A stretch of 64,000 nucleotides of DNA. Source: Bugula neritina. Lineage: Eukaryota > Animalia > Bryozoa. Shown one piece after another: positions 1 to 11,688 of the stretch. A model generated the notes under the pieces. That model did not search any database and was not told where the DNA came from. It worked only from the letters and a program-made list of their open reading frames with translations. The translations under genes were made by a program, and so were the position numbers. Position 1 is the first letter of the stretch; each line of letters begins with the position of its first letter. The stretch lies in the NCBI GenBank assembly GCA_964035545.1, contig OZ037773.1, positions 3,315,751 to 3,379,750 on the forward strand, given 5' to 3'.

Positions 1-533
1 ACTTTTAAATCATTGTTTTCAATTTTGTACTGCGAGAGTAAAATTTTAAGGGGAGATTTTAGCCAAATATATTTCTTTTACTGGTTTATTATATATAACA
101 ATATGTTTTTATGCTTTGTGTGATATTTTATTTTTTGCTGATATTTATTGGAATATAATGATTTATACTTGATAATTTAAGAATTATGCTATAAACCAGT
201 CTAATATCGACATGCCACTGGCTCACTGCGTATGCTGCAGCATCGTAATAATTTAATATAATCTGCGTCTAAACTCTAACTCATAGCGACACCTCAAATA
301 CGTGCATATAGGAAGGATTTGGCTGCACGGGTTGAGCTTTTCTCCGAGTCCACTCGGTGCCATGCTAGGTCTTTTTTTCAAGTAGGCTATAGTAATATTT
401 TATTTTAAAAATTTTTTAACGTTAGTAGATGTATTTAAACTTGATTAAAATTATAACTCTGATTGAAAAATTCTATGTTTGTTACTTTGATTGAATGTAC
501 TTTTTGGTGCATCACTTTTGGTTTCTTGTAATT

Positions 534-562
534 GGGCGGGGAAACGTGTTTCAGCCATTTTA
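534..562 (+). promoter_or_regulatory. Putative hnRNP U promoter elements (GC box GGGCGGG; YY1-like GCCATTTT)
   Basis: gggcgggg at 534-541 and cagccattttag at about 552-563, 125-150 nt upstream of the ATG. Motif match only. Confidence 0.35.
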
Positions 563-685
563 GTTGCTTACAAATTTTGCCGATTATCGATCGGACGATG
601 AAATTGAATAGAGCTGCACTAACTCCAGCCCTATACCTATATTAATAATTGTATTTCACTCAGATTGGTCAAGTAGCCTAAGAAT

Positions 686-3600
686 ATGAGTGATGTAGAT
701 TATTCCAAACTTAAAGTAACAGAGTTGAGGGAGGAATTGAAGAAAAATGGTCTGGATACAAAAGGGAAGAAAGAGCAGCTAGTTAAACGCCTGGAAAACT
801 TTTTCGCTAGCGGCGGCGCTGGTAAATATTAGTTAATTTATAGTGTGATTCTATTTGTATGATATTCATTATTCGTATTTTAATAATAATTAATATTCAT
901 AATAATGGAATTAAAACTCCCGTAGTCGTTCATCTTTTCCTTTGGGTTTTAGATGCTAGTTTAGGAGAAAATGATGCTGACTTGTCACAAAGTCAAAGTG
1001 ATGCTCCAAGTGATTTGGAAACATCAATGGCAGAAGAGAGCCAGCCACCAGCAGAGGCAGTTAAGCCTGCGAGTGAGGTATGCATTCAATATGAATATGG
1101 CAGTATTTGTTTAGAGGAAAACAGTTGATATGAAGCTGTTCTCTTTGCATGTTACTAAACCTTGACTGATGTACAAGTATCCTGTTAACTGTTAAGCCTG
1201 GCCAGCCACTCATTCAATTATGGGAGTTGTGTTGAATCTTCTAATTCAATTTCAACTATTTTCAGACTTTGACTGAGGAGCCAAGCGATACTGCGCCTGC
1301 TGTAGATGAAACACCAGCCGATGTTGGTGAAGCCCCAGCAGAAGTTACTGAAGCCCCAACAGAAGTTACTGAAGCCCCAACAGAAGTTACTGAAGCACCA
1401 GCAGCAGAAGTGACTGAAGCCCCAACAGAAGTGACTGAAGCACCAGCAGCAGTTATTGAAGCACCAGCAGCAGTTACTGAAGCCCCAGCGGAAAATCTTG
1501 AGCAAACATCTGAAGGGGTGAATGGAGTAACTGAGCCTGAGCCCATGGGTGAGTCTGTCTATCAGTATATCCGTGACATATGTTTTGTAGTGCAGGAACT
1601 TCAATCTGTTTTGATAGAGCTACTTTGTATTATCATCTCGTCTTGTTTTAGAGTCTGAAGAAACGGTAAAAGAGGCAGAACCTGCTGTAAAAGAGGAAGA
1701 GAATACTAGTACTGCAGCTGCAGGCGAACAAACCAAATCTGGTATGTTAGTTCTTATGATGATTTTGAATCTGCTCTCTGATCTTTTAACCGTTGGCTGC
1801 TAGCAACATATTGCTTCACCTTTACAGTTTTTTCAATTTAACTTATGTTGAGTGGCAACTAATAGGCTGCTGTTGGGACTTGGGACACATTTTTGCAGCA
1901 GTGGGCAACCAGTTCTAGTACAGAACTTTGAGCTAGTATTGGGCTGATAGTTGGGAATTCAAATTGGTGCCGTAGTGTCCCATTTTGTTAATTGAGGGGA
2001 TTTGATTATCCATATATTCGGTGTCACAAATAAATCTCAAAAAATTGAAATAACTTAGCAATTACATGTGGTTACTAGTTTGCCAATTGTGTCGCAACAC
2101 TGCATGTGAGCAAAGCAGAAACTAGAGTTGTATTGTACTTTACTCTGTGTTTCTAGTTGATGCTGGGGAGAAGAGAAAAAGGTCAAGGTCTCCTGAAGGT
2201 GACCGCAGACGGGACTCTCCAAGTCACAAACGGGAAAGGCGTGACGTATCTCAGTCCAGCATGGAGTGTAGAGACTGGGCGGAGAGTGAGGACGTGCAGC
2301 TTGACCGATACAACTGTGACCTCAATCTGGAGGTGCACTTTTACAAATAAGTCGAGTTCAGTGTGTTAACTAGAAAAGTTATATTATCAGCTAAAACAGT
2401 TGTCTTACCCTGGAGCACATGACTTGCTATGTACTATATGTCAGTTTAGTAAAAGTGTACCATTTCTCATCATTTCTAGACTGCTTCATAGAAGCGATCT
2501 ATTCACTGTCTGTTTGCTAAGCTGTCTCAACCCACTCATGCTTTTAGGTCATACACAACGGCTACACCATCAAACCCCAGAGCTTTGGAGGGTTCGGGTA
2601 CATGTGGGGTGGTTTAAGGGCCAACTATGGTGTCACAGATGGTAAAGTTGCGTTTCAGATGAAGGTGAGTCATAGCAAGGTTCACCTTCTAAGGTATATC
2701 TCTCACGGTAGTGTATATCTAGCACATTGTATGCCATGTGTTGAGCAACTCTAACAAAGTTTCTAGTTTATGTGATAATGTGGCATCATATCTCTTCATC
2801 GTGACCGCTTGTGTTATTTAGGCTGTAAAGAACTTGAGAATACAGATAGGCGAGGAGTCCTACGGAGCCAACCACGTTTCTCGTGTCGGTTGGTCTGTAG
2901 ACTGTGCCGACTTTCAGCTCGGAGAGTACCCAAAGTCCTGGGGCTACGGCGGCACAGCCAAGTTCTCTACTAACTCCAAGTTCAGTGACTTCAATGTGAA
3001 GTATTACAATACAGACGTGGTCACATGTTATCTGGTGAGTGTGTTAACTGTGTAACATCTTAGCTACTCTGTGGTCTGTCTCCTGCTTTATGCAGTGATT
3101 GTCAAACTATTACTGCATCTCCATGACTTCGAGTAGTATGGGTCAGTTTGTGGTTGGGGTTTCATTCAATGCAATTGTTTCCAAACATCAAATGAAAAAT
3201 CTATCCGCATAGTGTGCAGTTTGTAAGTGTAGTGTATAAGTATGCAGTTGGTATCTTTTGCCCTGGATTTCAGTGTTTACTAGAGGCTTGTATACCTGTT
3301 CACTGCTCACATACTACAAGGTAAAGCAAAATGTTCTGATAATAACGGGCAGGCCAAGCAAGGTGCTTGCACATAAGGTGTAGCACTGACACATTTGTGT
3401 GACTTTAGGACATGACAGGTGACAATGTCATCATGAGCTTTGCTAAGAATGACCAGCCTATGGCGAAGGCCGCAGAGTTTCCCAAGTCCGATCTGGACGG
3501 AGAGGCCCTGTTTCCCGCCATTGCCACTAAAAACCAGTTGGTAGAAATGAACTTTGGCCAGCTGGTAAGTATTCCTTCTGTACCCGTCTCAGTTGGTTTC

Positions 3601-6600
3601 CTGTCGGTGAGATAGTTGAGATTCTAAGATGTCTCCTACATATTGGTTGCCAAGTTACAGTTTATTATAGGAGAAGCCTTGGGTTCCTTTACTCGGCGAG
3701 GAGGGAGAATACACATTCATTGGTAAAGTTCCTGTGGAGGAGAGAGTGCGGGCAGCTAAGCCCCCTCTCTCTAAAGAGGAGTGCGAAGTCCTCCTTCTAA
3801 TTGGTCTGCCGGGAGCCGGCAAGTCACACTGGGCGGTCAGAACTCAGCGCGACCTGCCAGAGAAGAGATACTATGTGCTGGGGACCAATAACATCATCGA
3901 CAGAATGAAGGTGGGCAGTCCTTCCCCGCCCTATTTTATACTACCCTCACCCCCTCTCTCTATATTCTACTACTCTCTATATTATACTACCCTCTATGTT
4001 CTACTACTCTCTATATTCTACTGTGTACAGGTAGAAGGAGTACCCAGGAAGAACAACTACGCTGGCAGATGGGACGTGCTGTTTGACCAAGCCAATGACT
4101 GTCTGAGGAAGATGCTGGAAACAGCCACTCGCAGATACAAGAACTACATTCTGGATCAGGTGTGTGTCTGCTCTCAGTCTAACTATTCGAGTAGTTCTAC
4201 TAGTTAACAGTGCTGAGTGACTATTCCCAGCTAATTGCCAGTATATCAACAGCTCTCTTGTGTCTTCACTGCTCCTTGTCTCTGGGTATCCAGTCACTCT
4301 ATCAATCTGCTAAGCTGAGTGCTGGTTGCATTGCAGGTGTAAGTACGGAGTATACATTGTAGGTTGTGTAGGTAAGTACGGTCACAGACACGTCGTCTCT
4401 TCGGTGTAAGTATGAAGGTAAGTGTAGTAGTATAAGAGGGGTGGTTGAAGGTACATTGTGGGTTGTATTGGGGGACGGAAGGAGCTAGATAGTAGGTACA
4501 GTACATACTCTTAAGTCAATGCAAAGTATTATCTCTGTTTAAATGCGAGTCAATGGCAGCAAGCAAGCATTACACTCTGAAAGGACAGCTTGGATCTTGA
4601 ACTTCACAGAATAAATGCTAAGGCATTAGCTTCTCTTGAGTTACTAATATTATGTTCTTGAAACTGGCGTATTTCTCAACGTGTGTAAATAATAAATGCA
4701 TTCCAATATCAATCTAGTAGTAAACTTAGTGTGAGGCCCCTCAGTGAATTCTTGGCCCTGTTGTACGCTTGATTGTAGGTCACACGCTCTTCGGTACAAG
4801 GTAAGGTCTCACTGTTTCAAGAACACAGCCAGTTTTTATGCCCCGGCCGACCCAACTAGCTCTTGTATAGCCACTGCACTTGTCATACAACACTCACTAT
4901 AACTGCTCTTGTTTCTTCATTTGTTATAAACACGCAGACCAATGTATACGACACTGCTCAGAGGAGAAAGATGCGTCCTTTTGTTGGATTTAAACGAAAA
5001 GCTGTTGTTGTCTTGCCCACTGACAAAGTGTATCGTGAGCGAATTACAAAACGCACAAAGGAGGAAGGCAAAGAGGTGCCTGAAACAGCTGTTCTTGAAA
5101 TGAAAGGTAGACATATAGTTGAGCTGACAGTTGCTAGACCATAGGTGGGTGTGTGGCGCAGATTGGCAGCGTCTAACTGCTGCCGAACTGTGCACGCCAA
5201 CAGGGAGTACCATATTAGCTCTTTCTCTCTCAGCTTGTTTGCGGAAAGGCTGCGGTTATCTTGTTGCCGTTTCCTGTGACGTAAACAGCTGCTTTGTTCA
5301 GTAATATCCTATGCGGGTGGCTGCTGCCGAGCAGCCGGGGTCTTGCTGACTCCGGACAGCTCGCGGCGCCCCCTGGTTCTGTCGCCTGTCATCTTGCGTG
5401 TCTTATTTACAGCCAACTTCTCGCTGCCGACAGCACCTGTAGAAACAGTGCTGAACCCTGAGGCCAACGAGTTGGCAGCAAAGGAGGCAGAAGAGGAGCG
5501 GCTGGCCAAGGAGAAGAAGCAGCTGGAAGAGAAGGAGGCGGCTGCTGAGAAAGCGGAGGCTGCTGAGAAAGCGGAGGCTGCTGAGAAAGCGGAGGCTGCT
5601 GAGAAAGCGGAGGCTGCTGAGAAAGCTGAGGCTGGTGAAAGTGAGCAAGTCGAGTCAGCCATGGAAGAAACTGAAGAAAAAAAGGAAGAGGTGGAGGTAA
5701 AAACAGAAGCGGCAGTGCCGGAGACGAAAGAGGAGGAGACTGAAGAGAAAGCTTCTGCTGACGCTGTTGAGACAGAGAAGGTGAGTGAAGTAGCAGTAGC
5801 TCGTTACTAACCAGTCACCGTTACATGTTACCTACCTGAGGGCTCATCTGTCGAAGATCAAGTGGTTAAAACTAAATATCTCTGTGTGAACTCAAATTCT
5901 GGTTTTATCAAAACTGTTAGAAATTCCCTTTTGTAGCCGACACAGGTAAAAGAAGAAGCAGAGAAAATGGATGAAACTTCGTCGGAACAAACAGCAGGTG
6001 CTGCAGAGTCTGCACCAGCGGCAGCTGAAGAGAAAGACACAGGTGTGTTGTGTTACTATACACTATCATGTGTTACTATACACTATCATGTGTTACTATA
6101 CACTATCATGTGTTACTATACACTATCATGTGTTACTATATACTATCATGTGTTACTATACACTATCATGTGTTACTATACACTATCATGTGTTACTATA
6201 TACTATCATGTGTTACTATATACTATCATGTGTTACTATATACTATCATGTGTTACTATATACTATCATGTGTTACTATATACTATCATGTGTTACTATA
6301 TACTACCATGTGTTACTATACACTATCATGTGTTACTATACACTATCATGTGTTACTATATACTATCATGTGTTACTATATACTATCATGTGTTACTATA
6401 TACTACCATGTGTTACTATATACTATCATGTAAAGTCGCTGTACTGGTTTTCTTAGCCACAGAGTCTGAGAAAGCTGCCGAAGGAGACAGCAAACCTTCC
6501 ACCGACTCAAAAGAGGCTGAAGCTAAGACGGAAGAGAAAAAAGAAGAACCGGAACAGGTAGGCTGCAGCTTCATATTTCACAATCCAGCTTTATAGTCAG

Positions 6601-8580
6601 TTGTAAAACTTCATATACTTCACGTCTCATGTCACTCACTGCCCATCCCTGTCACTCACTACCTCCCCCTGTCACTCACTACCTCTCCCTGTCACTCACT
6701 ACCCCTTCCTGTCACTCACTACCTCACCCTGTCACTCACTACCTCTCCCTGTCACTCACTACCCCTCCCTGTCACTCACTACCTCTCCGTGTCACTCACT
6801 ACCTCTCCCTGTCGCTCACTACCTCTCCCTGTCACTCACTACCTCTTCCTGTCACTCACTGCCTATCCTTGTATCATGCAGGTGTTTGATGAGATAATGT
6901 TCACAGAGTTGAGTGGAACTGTAGCTCGGGATCTCTTAGCACAGTATGTGAAGGAAGGGCAGGCAAAGTTTCCCCCGGGAAGTAGAAGGTTCAGACGTGA
7001 AGACCGGCGTATTGGTGAGTGTCTTGTGCTCTGATGAACTGAACACAATCTGTATGTTTCCACGTGTAACACAGTCTGTATACATGTGTAACACAGTCTG
7101 TATGTTTCCACGTGTAACACAGTCTGTGTGTGTTCATATGTAACACAGTTTGTCTGTTTCCACGTGTAACACAGTCTGTATGTTTCTGTGCAGAGAGAGG
7201 GGGTTACCACAGAGGGAATGATTACCGGTACCACCAGCATCACTATGACAACAGAGACAGGAGAAACAGCTATGGCTACAACAACAGAGGCGGTGGAGGT
7301 GTGTATTACGTTGTGTAGTTCTCAGCACCTGCCTCATCCTTTTCATTCTGGCACTTCACCTCATTCTTGGCCCCTGAAATAATGATTTGTTTGTCTTCTA
7401 GGCTATGGTGGCAGTGGTGGATATGGCGGAGGAAACAGATATGGTGGCAGTGGTGGATATAACCAGAACAGAGGGTATGACAACAGAAATAGAGGCGGAT
7501 ATGGCGGAGTGAGTATCCCCTACTTAGCAAGGTTTTGCTAACTCAACACCTGCTTCAATTGAAACAACAAGATGTGTCTCACCGATATTTTCAACTGCGA
7601 ATGCCTTCAGTTTTGTGTGTATTTTGATATTTATCGTAATAGGCATGTAGACAGACAGTGTATTCTCGCCTGATTGTAGGGTGGTGGATACAAGAGTGGT
7701 GGTTACGGAGGGGGTTATGGCGGTGGCTGGGGAGGACAAGGCGGTGGCTGGAACAACCGAGGGGGTTGGAGTGGCGGAGGAGGGGGTAACAACTGGGGAG
7801 GAAACTACAACAGTGGAGGTTAGATTATTAGAGCATGTGATGTCACTAGTCAGCTTACATATACTCTGTAGTCATGTGCCTCCTCACTGATACCTTCTAA
7901 TGTTGAATGGTGAGTTAAACTTTCTACCTGTTGTGTCAAGTTTCTATGTGTACCGTGTGTTTTGGCTATCCATTAGGTTACGGTGGTGGCGGTAGAGGAG
8001 GATATGGTGGCAGCAGTCACGGCAGCGGCGGAGGACACGGTAACTATGGATACGGGAGGTGAGTCGGTCTGCATTCAATTAATGTGCTTATAGTAGATAA
8101 GTGTATGTATAACCGTGTACTCTCAAAGCATAGATAAATTCCTGTCTCATGTTACCAGTGTTTCAGGCCAGACACTATGCTAGACTGATCTGTCCAAAGG
8201 TCTTTATATAAGCACCGCATGGCCTACTGGCAGTAGGTGCACCTCAACCTCTTGGACACACCTCTCTAGATAGATAGACACACCTCCTTAGATAGATAGA
8301 CACACCTCCGCTGTAGCAACTACTCTGTGATGTTTTGGTCATACCTGGCTATCTGTTCTGCTTTAGTTACTCCATTACCTTCCGTTTCTGTTTTGTATTC
8401 ACTTTGACATGGCAGTTATCTGCACAACTGGTGTTTAATTGTAGTAAATATTATAGCGGCAGTGGTGGAAGCAGCAGTGGAAACTGGGGTAGTGGAAGCG
8501 GATCTAGCTCCTCGTGGAATCAAGGCAGCGGATATGGGAGTGGATATAACAATTACTCCAGTGGGGGTGGAGGTGCGTAA
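686..8580 (+). CDS. HNRNPU: Heterogeneous nuclear ribonucleoprotein U / U-like (SAF-A family), about 1036 aa: SAP - acidic linker - SPRY - P-loop NTPase (AAA_33-like) - RGG/Gly-Tyr tail
   Basis: Exons, all GT-AG with total length 3111 nt in frame: 686-821, 953-1077, 1266-1548, 1652-1741, 2157-2332, 2548-2664, 2822-3034, 3409-3564, 3671-3910, 4031-4159, 4938-5106, 5413-5780, 5937-6042, 6457-6557, 6882-7014, 7194-7298, 7402-7508, 7680-7818, 7977-8058, 8445-8580. Motifs: SAP domain [36 protein letters not shown]; [35 protein letters not shown]; Walker A GLPGAGKS; NYILDQ|[13 protein letters not shown]; EMK|ANFSLP; RGG/GY tail. HNRNPU versus HNRNPUL1 orthology is not resolved. Confidence 0.92.
4330..4425 (+). 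promoter_or_regulatory. Cluster of intronic 5' splice-site motifs (candidate decoy/poison exon) in hnRNP U intron 10
   Basis: GTAAGT at 4339, 4372, 4406 and 4418. Acceptor-like YAG ending at 4336, 4362, 4371 and 4387. Confidence 0.55.
5107..5412 (+). other. GC-rich, highly structured spliceosomal intron (hnRNP U intron 11)
   Basis: Three long imperfect hairpins (about 5145-5201, 5231-5291, 5315-5373), CATAGG/CCTATG pairing (5140-5145 with 5308-5313), and end-to-end pairing TGACAG (5125-5130) with CTGTCA (5386-5391). Confidence 0.65.
6045..6431. repeat. 20-bp minisatellite (tgtgttactata[c/t]actatca), about 19 copies, filling hnRNP U intron 13
   Basis: Direct 20-nt periodicity. It explains the spurious [20 protein letters not shown] ORFs. 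Confidence 0.95.
6629..6865. repeat. 20-bp minisatellite (gtcactcactacctctccct), about 11 copies, hnRNP U intron 14
   Basis: Direct 20-nt periodicity ending just before the 6881 acceptor. Confidence 0.93.
7050..7186. repeat. Degenerate 22-26-bp tandem repeat (ctgtatgtttccacgtgtaacacagt), hnRNP U intron 15
   Basis: About 5 visible units. Confidence 0.8.
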
Positions 8581-9423
8581 TATGTTGTGAAGACTAGAAT
8601 ATAGGGGCTAACAACCCTGCTGCCTACATGCCTTTCAAATATATTCTATACTTGTATTAAAATGGCTACAAGTTTGCTAAGATGGAGGATGTGTTAGTAA
8701 AGTGGAAATCTTCTGTGTGTTACAGGCTACTAGTTCCTGGGGAGAGAAAACTCTTTACGGATATCTACTGAAAGTGCCGTCAGACAGTCTAGACCTGATA
8801 TTATGTATTCACCTTTCATTCTCATACAGTAGTTATGAGGAATAGACAACTCTCATTTATCTTGTATATAGTACTCATTTTTCTCTCATATTCTGTTGTA
8901 TTGTCATGAAACAGTAAAATGTTTTTAAACTGTATTCTACCACTTTTGGTATAGAATTCAGTACATGTATGCAATGGCGTCAGCAGCTTGTAATATAATT
9001 ATCTTTTACTCCCTTAATGTATGCTTATTTTCCAAATGACAAAATGAAATTTTCTTGTTTTTCAATTTATATATCAAATGTGTCATTGTGATTATATCTA
9101 AAAAATATAATTTACCAGCTAATTAGTCACACTAGTAGTCTTCATTGCCACCTGGAGTTAGGTTTCATGTCAGACAAAGCTGGGGTTGTTCAAGTAGCAA
9201 AAAGTAATGTCACACCTGTGATAGACAAAATCCTAGCTCGATAATTTCGAAACAGCATTGCAGATGAAAGCATTAGGCAAAAATCCACATTACAAGTAGG
9301 CAATATAATATGGCTGCAATAAATGGGCAATCGAGACTTATAGGGGTAGAAAAACTTAGTTAATTAAATGATGGGTCAGTTCAATGTTAACGATATATTT
9401 AAAATCTACATCAGAACAGTTAT

Positions 9424-9462
9424 GAACTCTTTGAACACTATATGGTGGCCCTAAAAAGGGCC
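9424..9462 (-). terminator. Histone 3' stem-loop and downstream element (H3)
   Basis: Minus strand GGCCCTTTTTAGGGCC (9447-9462), then ACCA, then CAAAGAGTTC (9424-9433). Confidence 0.95.
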
Positions 9463-9486
9463 TTTGGGGTTGTTTGGTTACGTAAT

Positions 9487-10489
<1,003 letters not shown>

Positions 10490-10516
10490 ACTACAGACTC
10501 CCATTTAAACCCCAAC

Positions 10517-10558
10517 GGCCCTTTTCAGGGCCATCCATTTTTTACCAAAGTGTTGTTC
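10517..10558 (+). terminator. Histone 3' stem-loop and downstream element (H4)
   Basis: GGCCCTTTTCAGGGCC (10517-10532); AAAGTGTTGTTC (10547-10558). Confidence 0.95.
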
Positions 10559-11245
10559 AAGTTCTCTTCTCTCAATTAATTTGATGTGCATTAATGTATA
10601 TGATCATAGTGCGTTGTCCGCCAACTCTAATTTATATCTATTATAAACTCATTATTTAAAAATGCTGTTATAGAATGTGTGCCAGAAAAATAAGTAGATA
10701 GTGTTTGTAGTTGTGTTGTTTTGATAAGGTTATGAAGTTCTATCTTGCGTACAGAACTTGTAGTACAGAGAGTGAGACTGATAGCTAAATGTACTGTAAT
10801 GATTTCATAGTTTTATTAGTTGGAAGAACAACATTTTTCTGAATTGAGCATACCATATGATGGAATAATTGGATTGTAATGGTGCGTTAGCCCTAAGGAG
10901 TACGGACTGCAATACATCAATAAGTTTGAATACAAGGTATAGAACTATATTAACCGCTAAAATTGCTATTCAATTATATTTTATAAGGTTATGGATCAGC
11001 TGCACACTCCGGTACAGCACAGTTGGCTACTAGTATTAATTAGTACAACAACTAGTACAAGTTTCTGATCACTATGGCATTAAAAGCAATTGATTTCAGG
11101 CTAGGGCAAATCTTTACATGTAGCCAGGTTAAAATTACTCTTCAATAATGAAGGCTCAGTAACCTCAACAGATAATTCCAAAATCCAGAAGGGATTCATT
11201 GAATAGAAGCTTACAGAATTATTTAGAATAGTAATGATGCATAAA

Positions 11246-11285
11246 GAACACTCTTTGAGGGAAATTGGTGGCCCTGAAAAGGGCC
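11246..11285 (-). terminator. Histone 3' stem-loop and downstream element (H2A)
   Basis: Minus strand GGCCCTTTTCAGGGCC (11270-11285), ACCA, then CAAAGAGTGTTC (11246-11257). Confidence 0.95.
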
Positions 11286-11310
11286 GTTGGGTTTAGGTGG
11301 TTTTAGGTAT

Positions 11311-11688
11311 TTAGGCAGCAGCTTTCTTAGTCTTGCTGGGCAGCAGCACAGCTTGGATGTTGGGCAAGACACCACCTTGGGCTATGGTGACACCTCCTAA
11401 GAGTCTGTTCAACTCTTCGTCATTTCGGATGGCCAGCTGCAGGTGACGAGGAATAATTCTGGTTTTCTTGTTATCTCTTGCAGCATTTCCTGCCAACTCC
11501 AAAACTTCAGCAGCTAAGTATTCCATCACAGCTGCAAGGTAAACTGGTGCACCAGCTCCAACTCGTTCAGCGTAGTTGCCTTTACGGAGCAATCGATGGA
11601 TTCTTCCGACAGGGAATTGCAGTCCAGCCCTTGAGGACCTAGTCTTGCTCTTTCCCTTGGCTTTTCCTCCTTTTCCTCGTCCAGACAT
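11311..11688 (-). CDS. H2A: Histone H2A, replication-dependent
   Basis: [20 protein letters not shown]..; intronless; stem-loop present; no SQ[E/D]Y motif, so not H2A.X. Confidence 0.99.
   Translation of the reverse strand: MSGRGKGGKAKGKSKTRSSRAGLQFPVGRIHRLLRKGNYAERVGAGAPVYLAAVMEYLAAEVLELAGNAARDNKKTRIIPRHLQLAIRNDEELNRLLGGVTIAQGGVLPNIQAVLLPSKTKKAAA

Noticed and set aside
1218-1604. Antisense ORFs over hnRNP U exons (also 5309-5662) and over H4 (10160-10504)
   Set aside because: They are shadows of repetitive or real coding sequence on the other strand, with no independent splice or homology support.
1756-1781. C box (ATGATGA) and D box (CTGA) of an intronic snoRNA
   Set aside because: The boxes are only about 15 nt apart and lie right next to the donor, too short for a C/D snoRNA.
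5329-5362. 34-nt hairpin starting GAGC that resembles group II intron domain V
   Set aside because: The geometry is wrong (4-bp lower stem, no GNRA loop, bulge misplaced), and the intron has GTAGAC...CAG spliceosomal ends rather than GUGYG...AY.
5967-6889. Cys/Tyr/His-rich ORFs in all three frames
   Set aside because: They are translations of the 20-bp intronic minisatellites.
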